Positions 38,720 through 50,958 of a stretch of 64,000 nucleotides of DNA are shown piece by piece. The notes beneath the pieces are model-generated. The model was not told the origin of the DNA and searched no databases. It was given only the letters and a program-made list of their open reading frames with translations. Position 1 is the stretch's first letter, and each line of letters opens with the position of its first letter. The DNA is from Octopus vulgaris (Eukaryota), in the NCBI GenBank assembly GCA_951406725.2, contig OX597817.1:78492001-78556000 (forward strand). The letters run 5' to 3'. A program made the position numbers and the translations under genes.

Positions 38720-39709
38720 TATGCTCAGAGATTTATTATTGCTTGTTAACAACTTTAAGAGATCAGTGACTTTCTGTCACTGGAAAAAGGATATATATTT
38801 GCATCGGGATCCACTTTTCATTGACAACCGGTGATTGTCACACGCTGATGGTGGGTCAATATCCAGAAACTCGAGTTTGTGTGTATCATGTCAGGTTGAA
38901 GATGGGAAGGATGGCTTCTCTTTGCAAATACTGATAGGGCACAGAAAGTATGTCAAGGCATCCAGCTGTAGAAACCTTGCCAGATCAGATTGGAGCCTGG
39001 TGCAACCTACTGGCTCGCCAGTCCTCAGTCAAACCATCCAACCCATGGAAAGCAGACGTTAAATGATGATGATACACACACACACACACACACATACACA
39101 CACACATACGTATATATACGATGGGGTTCTTTCAGTTTCCATCTACTAAATCCACTCATAAGACTTTCTGTTGGCCTACAGCTGTAGCAGAAGACATTTG
39201 CCCAAGATGCTATGCAGTGGAACTGAACCCAAAACCATGTAGTTAGGAAGCAAGCTTCTTACCACTTACCACACACTCACACTTACGCGTAAGTTTTTTT
39301 TTTTTAAATATCGCTTTTATATAAATTACATGAAGATATTACAACAATAATATAGCAATTATTATTATTGTTTTTTTTTCCAATTAAAACTTTTTTTCTT
39401 TTGCAAATATTAAGAAAAAAAAATTCTGATGCTGAAAATAATTATGGCTTCATTGAAATTAACTTTGTTTCATCATATGCCAAAATAGGATGCAGATATA
39501 GAACAATCGTAGCAACAGACCATAATTCTAGTTCTATTACATAGATTTAGGGTTTTTAAAAGAATTTAAAAGAATATTTATCAGGTGGCCTTGATTACAA
39601 GTTGCATGTAATGGAGGATGTGCAATTGTTTTATACTACAATAAACTCATCATGCACAGACACCCTGAATCAAGGAAATATTTTACCTAACGGTGAGGGG
39701 TTTCATGAC

Positions 39710-39777
39710 AATAATAATAATAATAATAATTATTATTATTATTATTATTATTGTTGTTATTATCATTATTATTATCA

Positions 39778-39827
<50 letters not shown>

Positions 39828-39957
39828 GTGTTGTTGTTGATGAGGTGATGATGTTGATGATGATAATAAACTATCCTTTTCATTACACTACTACTACTAC
39901 TACTATAATTGTTGCCCTCTTTTTTACAGTGTAATAAATTTAATATTAAGAAATCAC

Positions 39958-39990
<33 letters not shown>

Positions 39991-40064
39991 GATTATTATC
40001 ATTATCATTATTATTATCATCATCATCATCATCATTATTATTATTATTATTATTATCATCATCA

Positions 40065-40141
<77 letters not shown>

Positions 40142-40150
40142 GCTGTTATT
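39710..40150 (+). repeat. (AAT)n/(ATT)n/(CAT)n compound microsatellites
   Basis: Direct reading. Confidence 0.95.
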
Positions 40151-40599
40151 ATTGACCTGGCAGAAATGATGAAGTAGGTGGGAAAAAAATACTGAATGAT
40201 ATTTATTCTGAGTTCAAATCCCACTGAAGTGAACAGCCTTTCACTCTTTCTTTTGGGACTAATGAAATAATGTATCAGTCAAGTACTGTGGTTGATGGCA
40301 TTGACTAACCTTCTACCTTCAAAGTTACTGGCCTTGTGTGTAAATTAGAAACTGGCAGAATAGGCAGTATACTGAGCAAAATGTTTTGTGGGATTTCATA
40401 CATTTTACGTCATGAGTTTAAAATCTGCTGAGGTCAGTTTTTGCCTTTCATTCTTTTAGCATTGATTAAATGAGTACCAATTATGAACTAGGGTCGATGT
40501 AATCAACTTACCCCTCCCCCAAAATTGCCGGCCTTGTGCCAAAATTTGAAACCATTATTATTATATATCATTGCTATTATTATTATTGTTGTTGTTATT

Positions 40600-41685
40600 T
40601 ACTTTTAAGCTGCATTTTTGTTGCAATCACTTGCCAGTGCACACCCAGATTCTTTAGGTGAGTGAAGGGTAAGAGATGTTACAGTATGCCTGACAGCTTG
40701 GGGAGGGGAAGTGGCTGGGGCAGTAGCGAAATATTTTCATGTGATGCAATACAGATATTTATATTGATAGGGTTTCTCTAATGATGTGGGCATTACTTGT
40801 CAACACAATCTTTTGGATTTCTCTGGGACATGGTTCTCCTGGGATGTTATCTAGATGTTTCTGACATCCTTTTTTTATCATACATAAGGCACCTGCAGTA
40901 ACAGGAACAGTTCTTGCTTTAAAATACCACACCTTTTGCATTTCAATTTCCAGGTCCTTATATTTACTTAACTTGTCAAATTCCTTTACAGGTATATTTT
41001 TATCACTGGGAACACTTACGTCTTTTAGTTTATAAGTATTTTCTTCCTTGTCTTTAATAATTATGTCCATTCAATTAGCCTGGATCATTCTGTTAGTGTT
41101 GACTGGAAAATCCCAGAAGATAATGATGTTTTTACCTTCAACAGCTGGTTCAAGAGGATGTTCATACCAGCAAGCAGGAGTGCCAATTTTGTAGTGCTTA
41201 CATATTTTTCAATGTAAATACTGTCCTACCCTATTGTGGGGATTTTTATATTTGTTTGGTGTCAGCACAGGACATTCCAAGATGAGGTGGTCTATTGTTT
41301 TGTCAAATGTGCCAGGGAATCTGCATTTAGGGTAAGAGCCATTTTGAAGAGTGTTAGCATGGTAGTTTTTGGTAAGCAAGCTTTGATCTTGTGCCACCAA
41401 TAAGAACCTTCAGTCTCTGCTTTCAGTCCAGAGCTTCTCAGCCACTGATGAGTTGTTACTTGGTCTACATCAGCATATCGACTTCAAAGAATATACTGTC
41501 CATGCAGGGGCTTCTGGCGCCACAGATCTTCCCTTTGTTTCTGCCCATTCTTTTTTTTTTTTGCAGCCTGCTTGATCCATTTTGCTCATTTTGTGGCAGT
41601 GGTTTCAAGTTCTTCATCTAATTCAGGGTTAATACCAAGTTCCCTTGCAAATTTGCATGCTTCCTTGACAACAGAATGTGACTTT
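40600..41685 (-). mobile_element. Degraded Dong-type RLE retrotransposon (Dong-D)
   Basis: AQDQSLLTKNY...PKCRF...TIDHLILECPVL...HNRVGQYLH (41209-41400) and DIIIKD...DVSVP...KEFDKLSKYKDLEIE...IQKIVLT (40759-41070). Confidence 0.88.
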
Positions 41686-41699
41686 TATTATTGTTATCA

Positions 41700-41915
41700 T
41701 TTAAGGTTTCCTTTCATCATAACTTTATTTCAGCTGCCTTAGTACTGGGCATCCTCCGGAGGACAAGAGTAGCAAGGGTACTGTTGTTTTGCTATTGGAT
41801 GCTAAAATTATCACCACACTTATTCCATTTTAGATGGAGAGTGTTTTCCATAGTATATTGGCTGCACTCATCTTTTGTAGTTCACGGAGATTGGAAAAAA
41901 ATAGATAACCTTGAC
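41700..41915 (-). mobile_element. 3' end of a further Dong-type family
   Basis: Minus translation SAANILWKTLSI* matches the TAHILRRTLSI terminus; lies between TTA repeats. Confidence 0.55.
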
Positions 41916-41959
41916 CATTATTATTATTATTATCATCTTCATCATTATTATTATCATCA

Positions 41960-42556
41960 TTCAGTAGTTTTATTTTTATAGCGTACTTTCACTTCACTAC
42001 GAGCGCAGCTCTGTGTGCCTTGGGTATGTGCTGTGATTTGTTGTGATGCTCTGATGGCTACTGTATTGAAAGTGTTTTGTATAGGATGTGTGCAGTGGCA
42101 AGTTGTGCAATTTTCTGTATGTTATATCATCATCATCATCATCATTTAGCATCCGTTTTCCATGCTAGCATGGGTTGGACAGTTTAACTGGGGTCTGTGA
42201 AGCCAGAGGGCTGCATCAGGCCCAGTCTGATCTGGCAGTGTTTCTACGGCTGGAGGCCAGTTGGGGCGGCGCCGGCAACGGTCACGATCGGATGGTTCGC
42301 TTACTTGTCACCGGCACTGGTATCACAGCCGCAATTTCCATTGATGTTGATCGACTTCGATTTTGGTTCTGCTTTCTGATATCTGATTTGATTTGGTTTG
42401 ATTTGATTTTGATTTGATTTTGATTTTGATTTCCATTTGCCTCAACGGGTCTTCACAAGGGGAGTTTATATATATTTGTAAATCCTGCTGTTTTTGTTAT
42501 GCATTTGTCTGAATATTTTTTTTATCATACCTAATATGCCTACTATGATAGGGATT
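41960..42556 (-). mobile_element. Dong-B 3' end interrupted by an RTE-tailed SINE (42127-42470)
   Basis: 41960-42126 and 42470-42556 are the reverse complement of ~52522-52779. Confidence 0.85.
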
Positions 42557-42826
42557 CATCATCATCATCATCATCAAGGCAGCACACTGGTAGAATTGTT
42601 AGAAAACCAGGAAAAATGCTTAGCAGCATTTAATCCATCTTTACATTTAGTCTTTCTTTACATTCTGAGTCCAAATTCCACCAAGCCTGACTTTGCCTTT
42701 CATCTTTTCAGGGTCGATAAAATAAGTATCAGTTGAGCACTGAGATTGATGAAATTGACTTAACTCCTCCTCCAAACTTACTGGCCTTGTGCCAAAATTT
42801 GAAACCATTATTATTATTATGATTAC

Positions 42827-42879
<53 letters not shown>

Positions 42880-43064
42880 GTGAGCTGACAGATTCGTTAG
42901 GACATTGGGAAAAATTCATAGTGGCATTTCTTCCAGGTTTATGATCTGATTTCAAATTTTGCCTTTCATCCATTTGGGTTGAAAATTATGTAGCAGTTGA
43001 GCCCTGGGGTAATCGACTTGCCCTTCCCCCCATATTTCAGGGCATGTGCCAACAGTAGAAAGGA

Positions 43065-43241
<177 letters not shown>

Positions 43242-44822
43242 AGGTGATGAGCTGGAAGAATAATTTAGGCATCTTCTGGTTCTTTATACTCTGATTTCAA
43301 ATGCTGCTGAGGTCAACTTTGACTTCTATCTTGTTGGAGAGATAGGGAGGGTCAATGAAATAAGTAACAGTTAAGCACTGAGGTCAATGTAAACAACTCC
43401 CCCACCCCCCACCCCGAATTACTGGCAGAATTACTAACACATTGGACAAAATGCATAGTGGAATTTCTCTGGGCTCTTTAAATTTTGATTTCAAATCCTG
43501 TTAACATTAATATTGTCTTTCATCATTTTGGGGTTGATAAAATAAAGTACCAGTCAAGTACTGGGTTGATATAATCCCCTATTCCTTTCCCCCTATAATT
43601 ACTGGCCTTGTGACAAAATTTGAAACAATTTTTATTACTATTTCTACTTTGGAATTTTGTAGTGTGAAGATGTATTTTTAACTTTCTCCGGAAAATGCAA
43701 TTTATTCGTGTATTACCAATTTAAATTTTCATTAGCATACATGTAAAATCAACAATAATTGCTTATGGAAGAGTAGCCCTCAATAAACGAAAGTACACAG
43801 TAGTAAAAAAGATATTTGTTACCCAAAGCTTTACAAGTCTATTTACTCACATTACAATTCCACATCAAAAATAACAACCCCTGACACAATTATACTACAA
43901 GACTGAACACTACAATGACAGAAGATAACATACATATACACCTGAAGAAAATACTAATTAAAGGTGTTCATTAGTAAAAAATGGTTGAGAACCATTGTTA
44001 TAGCAGCTTCCTTCAATACAAAATGTATAAAAGGAATTTTTTATATTGGTCACAGTTGCAAGAATATGATGTAGTTGTAATTGAGAGTTCTATTCAATTG
44101 ATAAATAACTCTCTGCCATAAAATATACAATAATTGGTGCGCTGGCACAAACGTTAGCACACCAAGTGAACTGCTTAGTGGTATTTCATCTGTCTTTATG
44201 TTCTGAGTTCAAATTCCGCTAAGGTCGACTTTGCCTTTCATCCTATCAGGGTCAATAATTAAGTACCAGTTGCATACTGGAGTCGATCTAATTGACTGGC
44301 CCCCTCCCCAAAAATTTTGGGCCTTGTGCCTATAGGAGAAAAGAATAATTGGTAATTGTTTGCCATAGAATATAATGAGGAGAGGGCAAAGTGAAAGCTT
44401 GTGTACCTCTGCTTACAAAAAGATAGAAGTAAACTAAATCTTCCCTCCTTTCAAGTAGTGTAATAGTTCTTCAGGAGATATATATATAGGGAGAAGTTCT
44501 CTCAAGTGAAAAAGGAAAAAACTATGTTTTTATTTTCTGCTGTGCTTTCAGATCTGAAGATACATCCAAAATGAAGGCTGAATTTTTCAGACATATAGGT
44601 ACAGGCATGACTGTATGGTAAAGAGCTTGCTTCCCAACCACATGGTTCTGGGTTCAGTCCCACTGCATGGCACCTTGGGCTAGTGTCTTCTACTATAGCC
44701 TCGGGCCAACCAAACCCTTGAAGGTCCTGTAAAAGCTCATGTGCACTGCCTTCTTTCCAACTAAAAGATAATCATTCATACACACATACACATAATACAT
44801 GTATATATGTCTATCTATCTAC

Positions 44823-44920
<98 letters not shown>

Positions 44921-44933
44921 GTCTGTCTGTCTA

Positions 44934-44999
<66 letters not shown>

Positions 45000-45002
<3 letters not shown>

Positions 45003-45228
45003 TTCTTTACTACACACACGGGGCTAAACATAGAGAGGACAAACAAGGACAGACAAAGGGATTAAGTCGATTACATTGACCCCAGTGCGTAACTGGTAAT
45101 TAATTTATTGACCCCGAAAGGATGAAAGGTAAAGTCGACCTCGGCGGAATTTGAACTCAGAACGTAACGACAGACGAAATATGGTTACGCATTTCGCCCG
45201 GCGTGCTAATGATTCTGCCAGCTCGCCG
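45000..45228 (-). mobile_element. SINE-B(T) inserted in an (ATCT)n tract
   Basis: Full head and Tx1-like tail, with ATCTATCTATCT on both sides. Confidence 0.85.
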
Positions 45229-45239
45229 ATCTATCTATC

Positions 45240-45515
45240 TGATCAACAGAACAGTCTGCTTGTAAAATTAACATGCAAGTGGCTGAGTACTCCACAAACA
45301 TATGTACACTTGACATAGTTCTCAGGAAGATTCAGTGTCACACAGAATGTAACAATGCTGGTCCTTTGAAATATAGGTACTACTCATTTTTGCCCGTTGA
45401 GTGGACTGCAGCAGTGTGAAATTAGGTTTCTTGCTGAAGGACAGAATGTTCAGTGAAGAATTGAACTGATGTCCTGATGATCGTGAGCTACATATATTGA
45501 CCCTGAGCCACACCT
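45240..45515 (-). mobile_element. tRNA-derived SINE of a further family; plus-strand copy at 60160-60480
   Basis: Shares the CCAGTCCACTC...AAAAATGAGT body with SINE-C but has a different 3' part (CTGAATCTTCCTGAGAACTA...TTGCATGTTAATTT). Confidence 0.7.
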
Positions 45516-45710
45516 TCATATATACACATGCTTGTAAAAAGCACCAATTACTCTCTTGGAGAGGTTGGCATTAGGAAGGGCCATCAAGCTGTAGAAACCA
45601 TACTAAACCAGACTGCAACCTGGTGCAGTCCTCTGGCTTACCATTTCTAGGCAACCCATCTAACCCATGCCAGTATGGAAAGTGGACATTAAATGAGGAT
45701 GAAGATGATG

Positions 45711-45741
<31 letters not shown>

Positions 45742-46575
45742 GTGTGGTAAGTAGCTTGCTTACCAACCACATAGTTCTGGGTTCAGTCCCACTGCATGGC
45801 ACCTTGGGCAAATGTCTTCTACTATAGCCTCGGGCTGACCAAAGCCTTGTGAATGGATTTGGTAGACGGAAACTAAAAGAAGCCCATCATATATATGTAT
45901 ATATGTATGTGTGTGTATATGTTTGTGTGTCTGTGTTTGCCCCCCCCCCCCCCACATCGCTTGACAACGAATGCTGGTGTGTTTATGTTCCCCGTAACTT
46001 AGTGGTTTGGCAAAAGAGACCGATAGAATAAGTACTAGGCTTACAAAGAATAAGTCCTGGAGTCGATTTGCTTGACTAAAGGCAGTGCTCCTGCATGGCT
46101 GCAGTCAATGACTGAAACAAGTAAAAGAGTAAAAAGAGAGTAAAAGAGTATATATATGTATGTATGTATGTATATGTATATATAGTTTCACACATGTATG
46201 CACCTATATGTATGCATACATACACAGATGCACACACACACACACACACATATATATGCAGCTGTAAATACACTTTATTCATGAGGATTAGAAATTGACA
46301 AGCTCATTGTCATTGAAAATTTTGCATTATACACAAAAGCAAAAATTAAGAATTCAGGTAGCTTTAAGGTTCATCTAAATAATCATTTCAAACAAACTCT
46401 GCTTCATCAAAATCGAAAATGTTTTTAAATTTGGCCAAGAATTTCTCAAAGATCCACAGTTATCAAGTAAGGTGGGGAAAAATAAAATTCTAATTTATCG
46501 ACAATGTTTGGAAGTTTAATGAATATTAAACTTTTGAGTATAACCACTGAAGAAGTAGGATTATTATAATGATGG

Positions 46576-46613
<38 letters not shown>

Positions 46614-47703
46614 ATAGTTATAATAATAATAATGATGATGATGATGATGATGATAGTAATAATAATAATGATATGTGCTTGTTGTTACGTGTTATATAAA
46701 TTTCGTCAGAAACCTAATAAATTTTTTTATCATCTATATATACCAAGAAATGTACTTCGATGATTTTTCTATGCAAATATGTATGATTTTACATACAAAC
46801 ACCTTTTCATTAGCATATTGCCACATTGCTACAATCTGCTTACTGGCTTCATATTTATTATTTTATACATGCACATATATATATATTATAAACAACCAAA
46901 TGCAAACAAATCGAGCTGCATTCTTTATATATGCAGCAATTGACATATGTAATATACATATTTTCACAAAATTCATGTAATCACAAAATTTTTCTGCAGA
47001 ATTTCAGAGAATCTTATTACCATGTTTCTCATAAGAAATTTACTAATTTAAAATAAACAAAGAAATTGAGAATGTGTATTACGTTATGTATAATAATATT
47101 CTGCATGTATATAATATAATATATATCTAAGTGTGTGTATATATATGAAATATATTTTTATAATATATATGTTACAAACACACATGTATATATATAATTG
47201 ACTATATATAAGGTTGCATGTATATTTTGCTTAGAAACTTTTCTGTGTCTTTGAATTTTGTCTGTGAAATACAGCTGGATGCAAAAATATATCACTAATA
47301 GCTCATTGTATTGCACATCTAGCTTTTATACTATTGAAGTTTTTATTGTTGCTGTTGTTGTTGGTGGTGGTGGTAGTGGTGGTGATGATGTTATCCTTGT
47401 GGTTTGCCTTCAAGTCAACAGCTGTATGATCAAAAGTATTCCATCACATCTGAGATATAATGAGACATAATGTACATCTCAAACTACAAGTTTTGATGCT
47501 TTCATTTAAAACAGCATAGTAGATTATTATTTGAAAGCTGATTAAGGTGGTGAGCTGGCAGAACCGTTAACACACTGGACAAAATGCTTAGCAGCATTTC
47601 ATCTGTCTTTATGTTCTGAGTTCAAATTCTGCTGAGGTTGGCTTTGCCTTTCATCATTTCAGGGTCAATGAAATAAGTAACAGTTGAGCACTGGAGTTGA
47701 TGT

Positions 47704-47811
47704 TGTAACAAGATGAGAGTTTCAGGAACACTTGAGAGGTGTCTGGTCTTATCCTGTTACAATTGGTGACCCCAACGTGATTTGAACATGCAGCCTTCTG
47801 ATCTGGAGTCA
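47704..47811 (+). mobile_element. 58-bp TG...CA mini-LTR followed by an extended tRNA-Trp primer-binding sequence, inside a SINE-B
   Basis: TGTAACAAGATGAGA...TCTTATCCTGTTACA (13/15 inverted ends, 47704-47761), an AT spacer, then TGGTGACCCCAACGTGATTTGAACATGCAGCCTTCTGATCTGGAGTCA. The latter is the reverse complement of the 3' 48 nt of tRNA-Trp(CCA) including CCA, with 3 mismatches to the recalled metazoan sequence. Confidence 0.8.
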
Positions 47812-48665
47812 ACTAGTCCCCTCTCTCAACATTTTAACAGCCTTTCAAAATCAACTTACTCTGAAGAGTAAGTTGATTTTGAAAAGAGTCTAAGATATAA
47901 TCAGAGGAATATTTGACTGCCATTTCTAGCTGGTCAATCCAATGCATAGAAGTTTCTTTGCTGTTGTTATTACCGATACTTCTATTGTTGTTTATATCTT
48001 TCAAAACAAGGCATAAGATATAATCTATTGCATGTATGTAAACATACTTAATCTCTCTGTGATGATGGCTCTCTGTTAAAAACTTACATGTTTTAACTAA
48101 GTATATTTATATATACTTAGTAGATAACATTAGATACACTGTGATGAAATATATTTAATTTGCTGGGTGAAAGCATACTTAATACTTAAAACCATTAAAA
48201 AGTCAAAGTAAGATGAGATATGTTTTAAGAGAAATGTAACATTAGTAATATTGGTTGATGACCCTGTATAACATTCTCCTTGACAAACAAGCATGTGGAG
48301 TTAACTCTAGATAATATTTCATTCTGTTGTAGCCATTCAGCAGAATTGTAACTTCAATGTAACTGACCTAAGTGTTTGTGAATGACTGACTAGCCAAATG
48401 AAAAAATGAATGAATGACTCATTAAGTAAACATACAGAAATGTATATTTGCTTGTGTAGAATAATACAATTACAAAAACAAAAAATTTTTTTAGTTAAGA
48501 TAGAGAATATACATTAAGAGTTTCTGTACTAAACAACATAATGTTAATGAGGTATCTGGGTCTAGTCCTGTACATACGACCATTTTGGGAAAGTGTCTTC
48601 TATCATATTCTTGAGTAGACAAATACCATTATGAGTGGATTTGGTAGACAGAAACTGCGCAGAAG

Positions 48666-49048
48666 TGGCGAGCTGTCAGAAACGTTAGCATGCCGGGCGA
48701 AATGCTGAGTTCAAATTCTGCCGAGGTCGACTTTGCCTTTCATCCTTTCGGGGTCGATTAAATAAGTACCAGTTACGCACTGGGGTCGATATAATCAACT
48801 TAATCCATATGTCTGTCCTTGTTTGTCCTCTCTGTGTTTAGTCCTTTATGGGTAGTAAAGAAATAGGTTTTTCATCTGCTGTTATGTTCTGAGTTCAAAT
48901 TCTGCTGAGGTCGACTTTGTCTTTCATCCTTTCGGAGTCGATAAATTAATTACCAGTTATGCACTGGGATCGATGTAATCGATTTAATCCCTTTGTCTCT
49001 CCTTGTTATTCCCTCTATGTTAAGACCTTTGTGGGCAATAAAGAAATA
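48666..49048 (+). mobile_element. SINE-B(T) dimer nested in a SINE-A-like copy
   Basis: 16-bp TSD AGAAACTG(C/T)GCAGAAG at 48650-48665 and 49049-49064; internal junction AAAGAAATA|GGTTTTTC at 48865. Confidence 0.85.
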
Positions 49049-49917
49049 AGAAACTGTGCAGAAGCCACCATATGGTTTTGGGTTCAATCCCTCAGTGTGG
49101 CACCTTGGTCAAGTATATTCTACTATTACTCTCGGCAGACTAAAACCTTATGAGTTGTGTGAGTTTCATAGATAAAAACTGAAAGGATAAAAAATCCATT
49201 CAGTGTATGTGTAAATGTATCTTTGAATCTGTGTAACTTTTTTAAGTAATAAAATATTAAGACATATTAGATATGTAGGAGTTTAATTATCACTGTAGTT
49301 TGTCTCCTCTGTTAACAATACACCTCAATCTAACATGAATATTGCTGTTGTTTCTATGCTGCTAAATAACAATAACCTTCATAATAATATAATTAATATT
49401 TGTTTGCTATCTAATAAACCTGACAGTATATGTAACAGCAGGAATTAATACAATTGCTGTTTGAATAACTAGTGCCTCTGGATAGATGTAGCATACAGAT
49501 GTTCAGTCAACACATACAATAAAGTAGTCTGCTATATCAGGGCTACAATGTCAAAATTCAAATTGCAATAAAATAACCACATAATAGACAGAACTATGTA
49601 ATGCATCACTAGCAATATTCATCTCAGGCCTTAAACAAAGAAATATTGATCAATCATATGGACAGCACTTCCATATAAAAGGTATAGTAGCAGTGGTAAT
49701 TTATTTTGCATGAAGTTCACTCGAAATCCTAAGATGTAAGTCTGGACTAATTAATAAACATAATGAGTTGTCAATCCATTGTTCACACCATTTTAATAAA
49801 ACCTTTTTACAGATTCCAGTTAGCTAACTTATATAGGAAATTATAAATTAGGTATATATTACCATTATTTTGCATTTTATTTCTCACTGTTACTATTCTT
49901 CTACTTAAATGTCTCTA

Positions 49918-50225
49918 TGTGGAGGCACATGGCCTAGTGGTTAGAGCAGCGGACTCGCGGTCAAGGGATCGCGGGTTCGAATCTCAGACCAGCAATGTCT
50001 GTCTTTATGAGCGAAACACCTAAGCTCCATGCAGCTCCAGCAGAAGGTAATGGCGAACTTCTGTTGACTCTTTTGCCATAACTTTCTCTCACTCTTTCCT
50101 CCTGCATCTTGCTGCTCATCTGTGATGGACTGGCGTCCCATCCAGGTGGGGTACCTATACGCCAAGAAAACTGGGAAACCGGCCCTTATGAGCCAGGCAT
50201 GGCTCAAGAAGGAACAACCAACAAT
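49918..50225 (+). mobile_element. tRNA-Arg(TCG)-like-headed SINE with V-domain-like centre, well preserved
   Basis: TGGCCTAGTGG (A box), GACTCGCGGTC (TCG anticodon), GGTTCGAATC (B box), centre TGTGATGGACTGGCGTCCCATCCAGG, (CAA)n-like tail. Confidence 0.8.
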
Positions 50226-50816
50226 GTTTCTATGTTTATAGTCGTACAACATTTTTATCCACTGTAAAGTTATCAATCACTATCTAGAATATTCATCATT
50301 CATTTATCATAATGAGTCCCTTTTCAATTCTGAATTTTCATGGCTGTGTGGTAAGAAGCTAGGCACAGGTATGGCTTTGTGATAAGAAGTTTGCTTCCCA
50401 ACCAAATGGTTCTGAGGGTCAGTCCCACAGGGTGGCACCTTGGGCAAGTATCTTCTACTGTATCCTTGGGCCAACCTTGAGAGTGGATTTGGTAAACAGA
50501 AACTGAAAGAAGCCTGTCGTTTATATAAGCATTGTTTTGTTTGAGGCCCTGAAGAAAAAAATATCCAGATGAGAAAGATGTAGAGTTCAAGGCAAGTTAA
50601 GGATGATTCATGAGATTTAAGTACAGAACTGGGAACAGTTATTATTGTTTTAGCCTAGAGACAAGTTAATTCAACTTAAATCCTTTTTTGACTCAAGTCA
50701 TGTTTCCTGGAACTAATTAACGATGTAGGGTGAGGAATGCCTGTATATACAGAAAGATGAGATGCTGCTGAGCATTTCGTTCTGCATGCTAACAATTCTA
50801 CCAGCTCACCGCCTTA

Positions 50817-50854
<38 letters not shown>

Positions 50855-50881
50855 GGGATAATGATGATAGTAATGATAATG

Positions 50882-50956
<75 letters not shown>

Positions 50957-50958
<2 letters not shown>

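Noticed and set aside
39585-39692. Candidate 108-nt symmetric exon (GLDYKLHVMEDVQLFYTTINSSCTDTLNQGNILPN)
   Set aside because: Weak pyrimidine tract and no recognisable domain; expected by chance in 64 kb.
49918-49992. Apparent tRNA-Arg gene
   Set aside because: The acceptor stem does not close and the sequence runs into a SINE body, so it is a SINE head. The same applies to the other tRNA-like heads.
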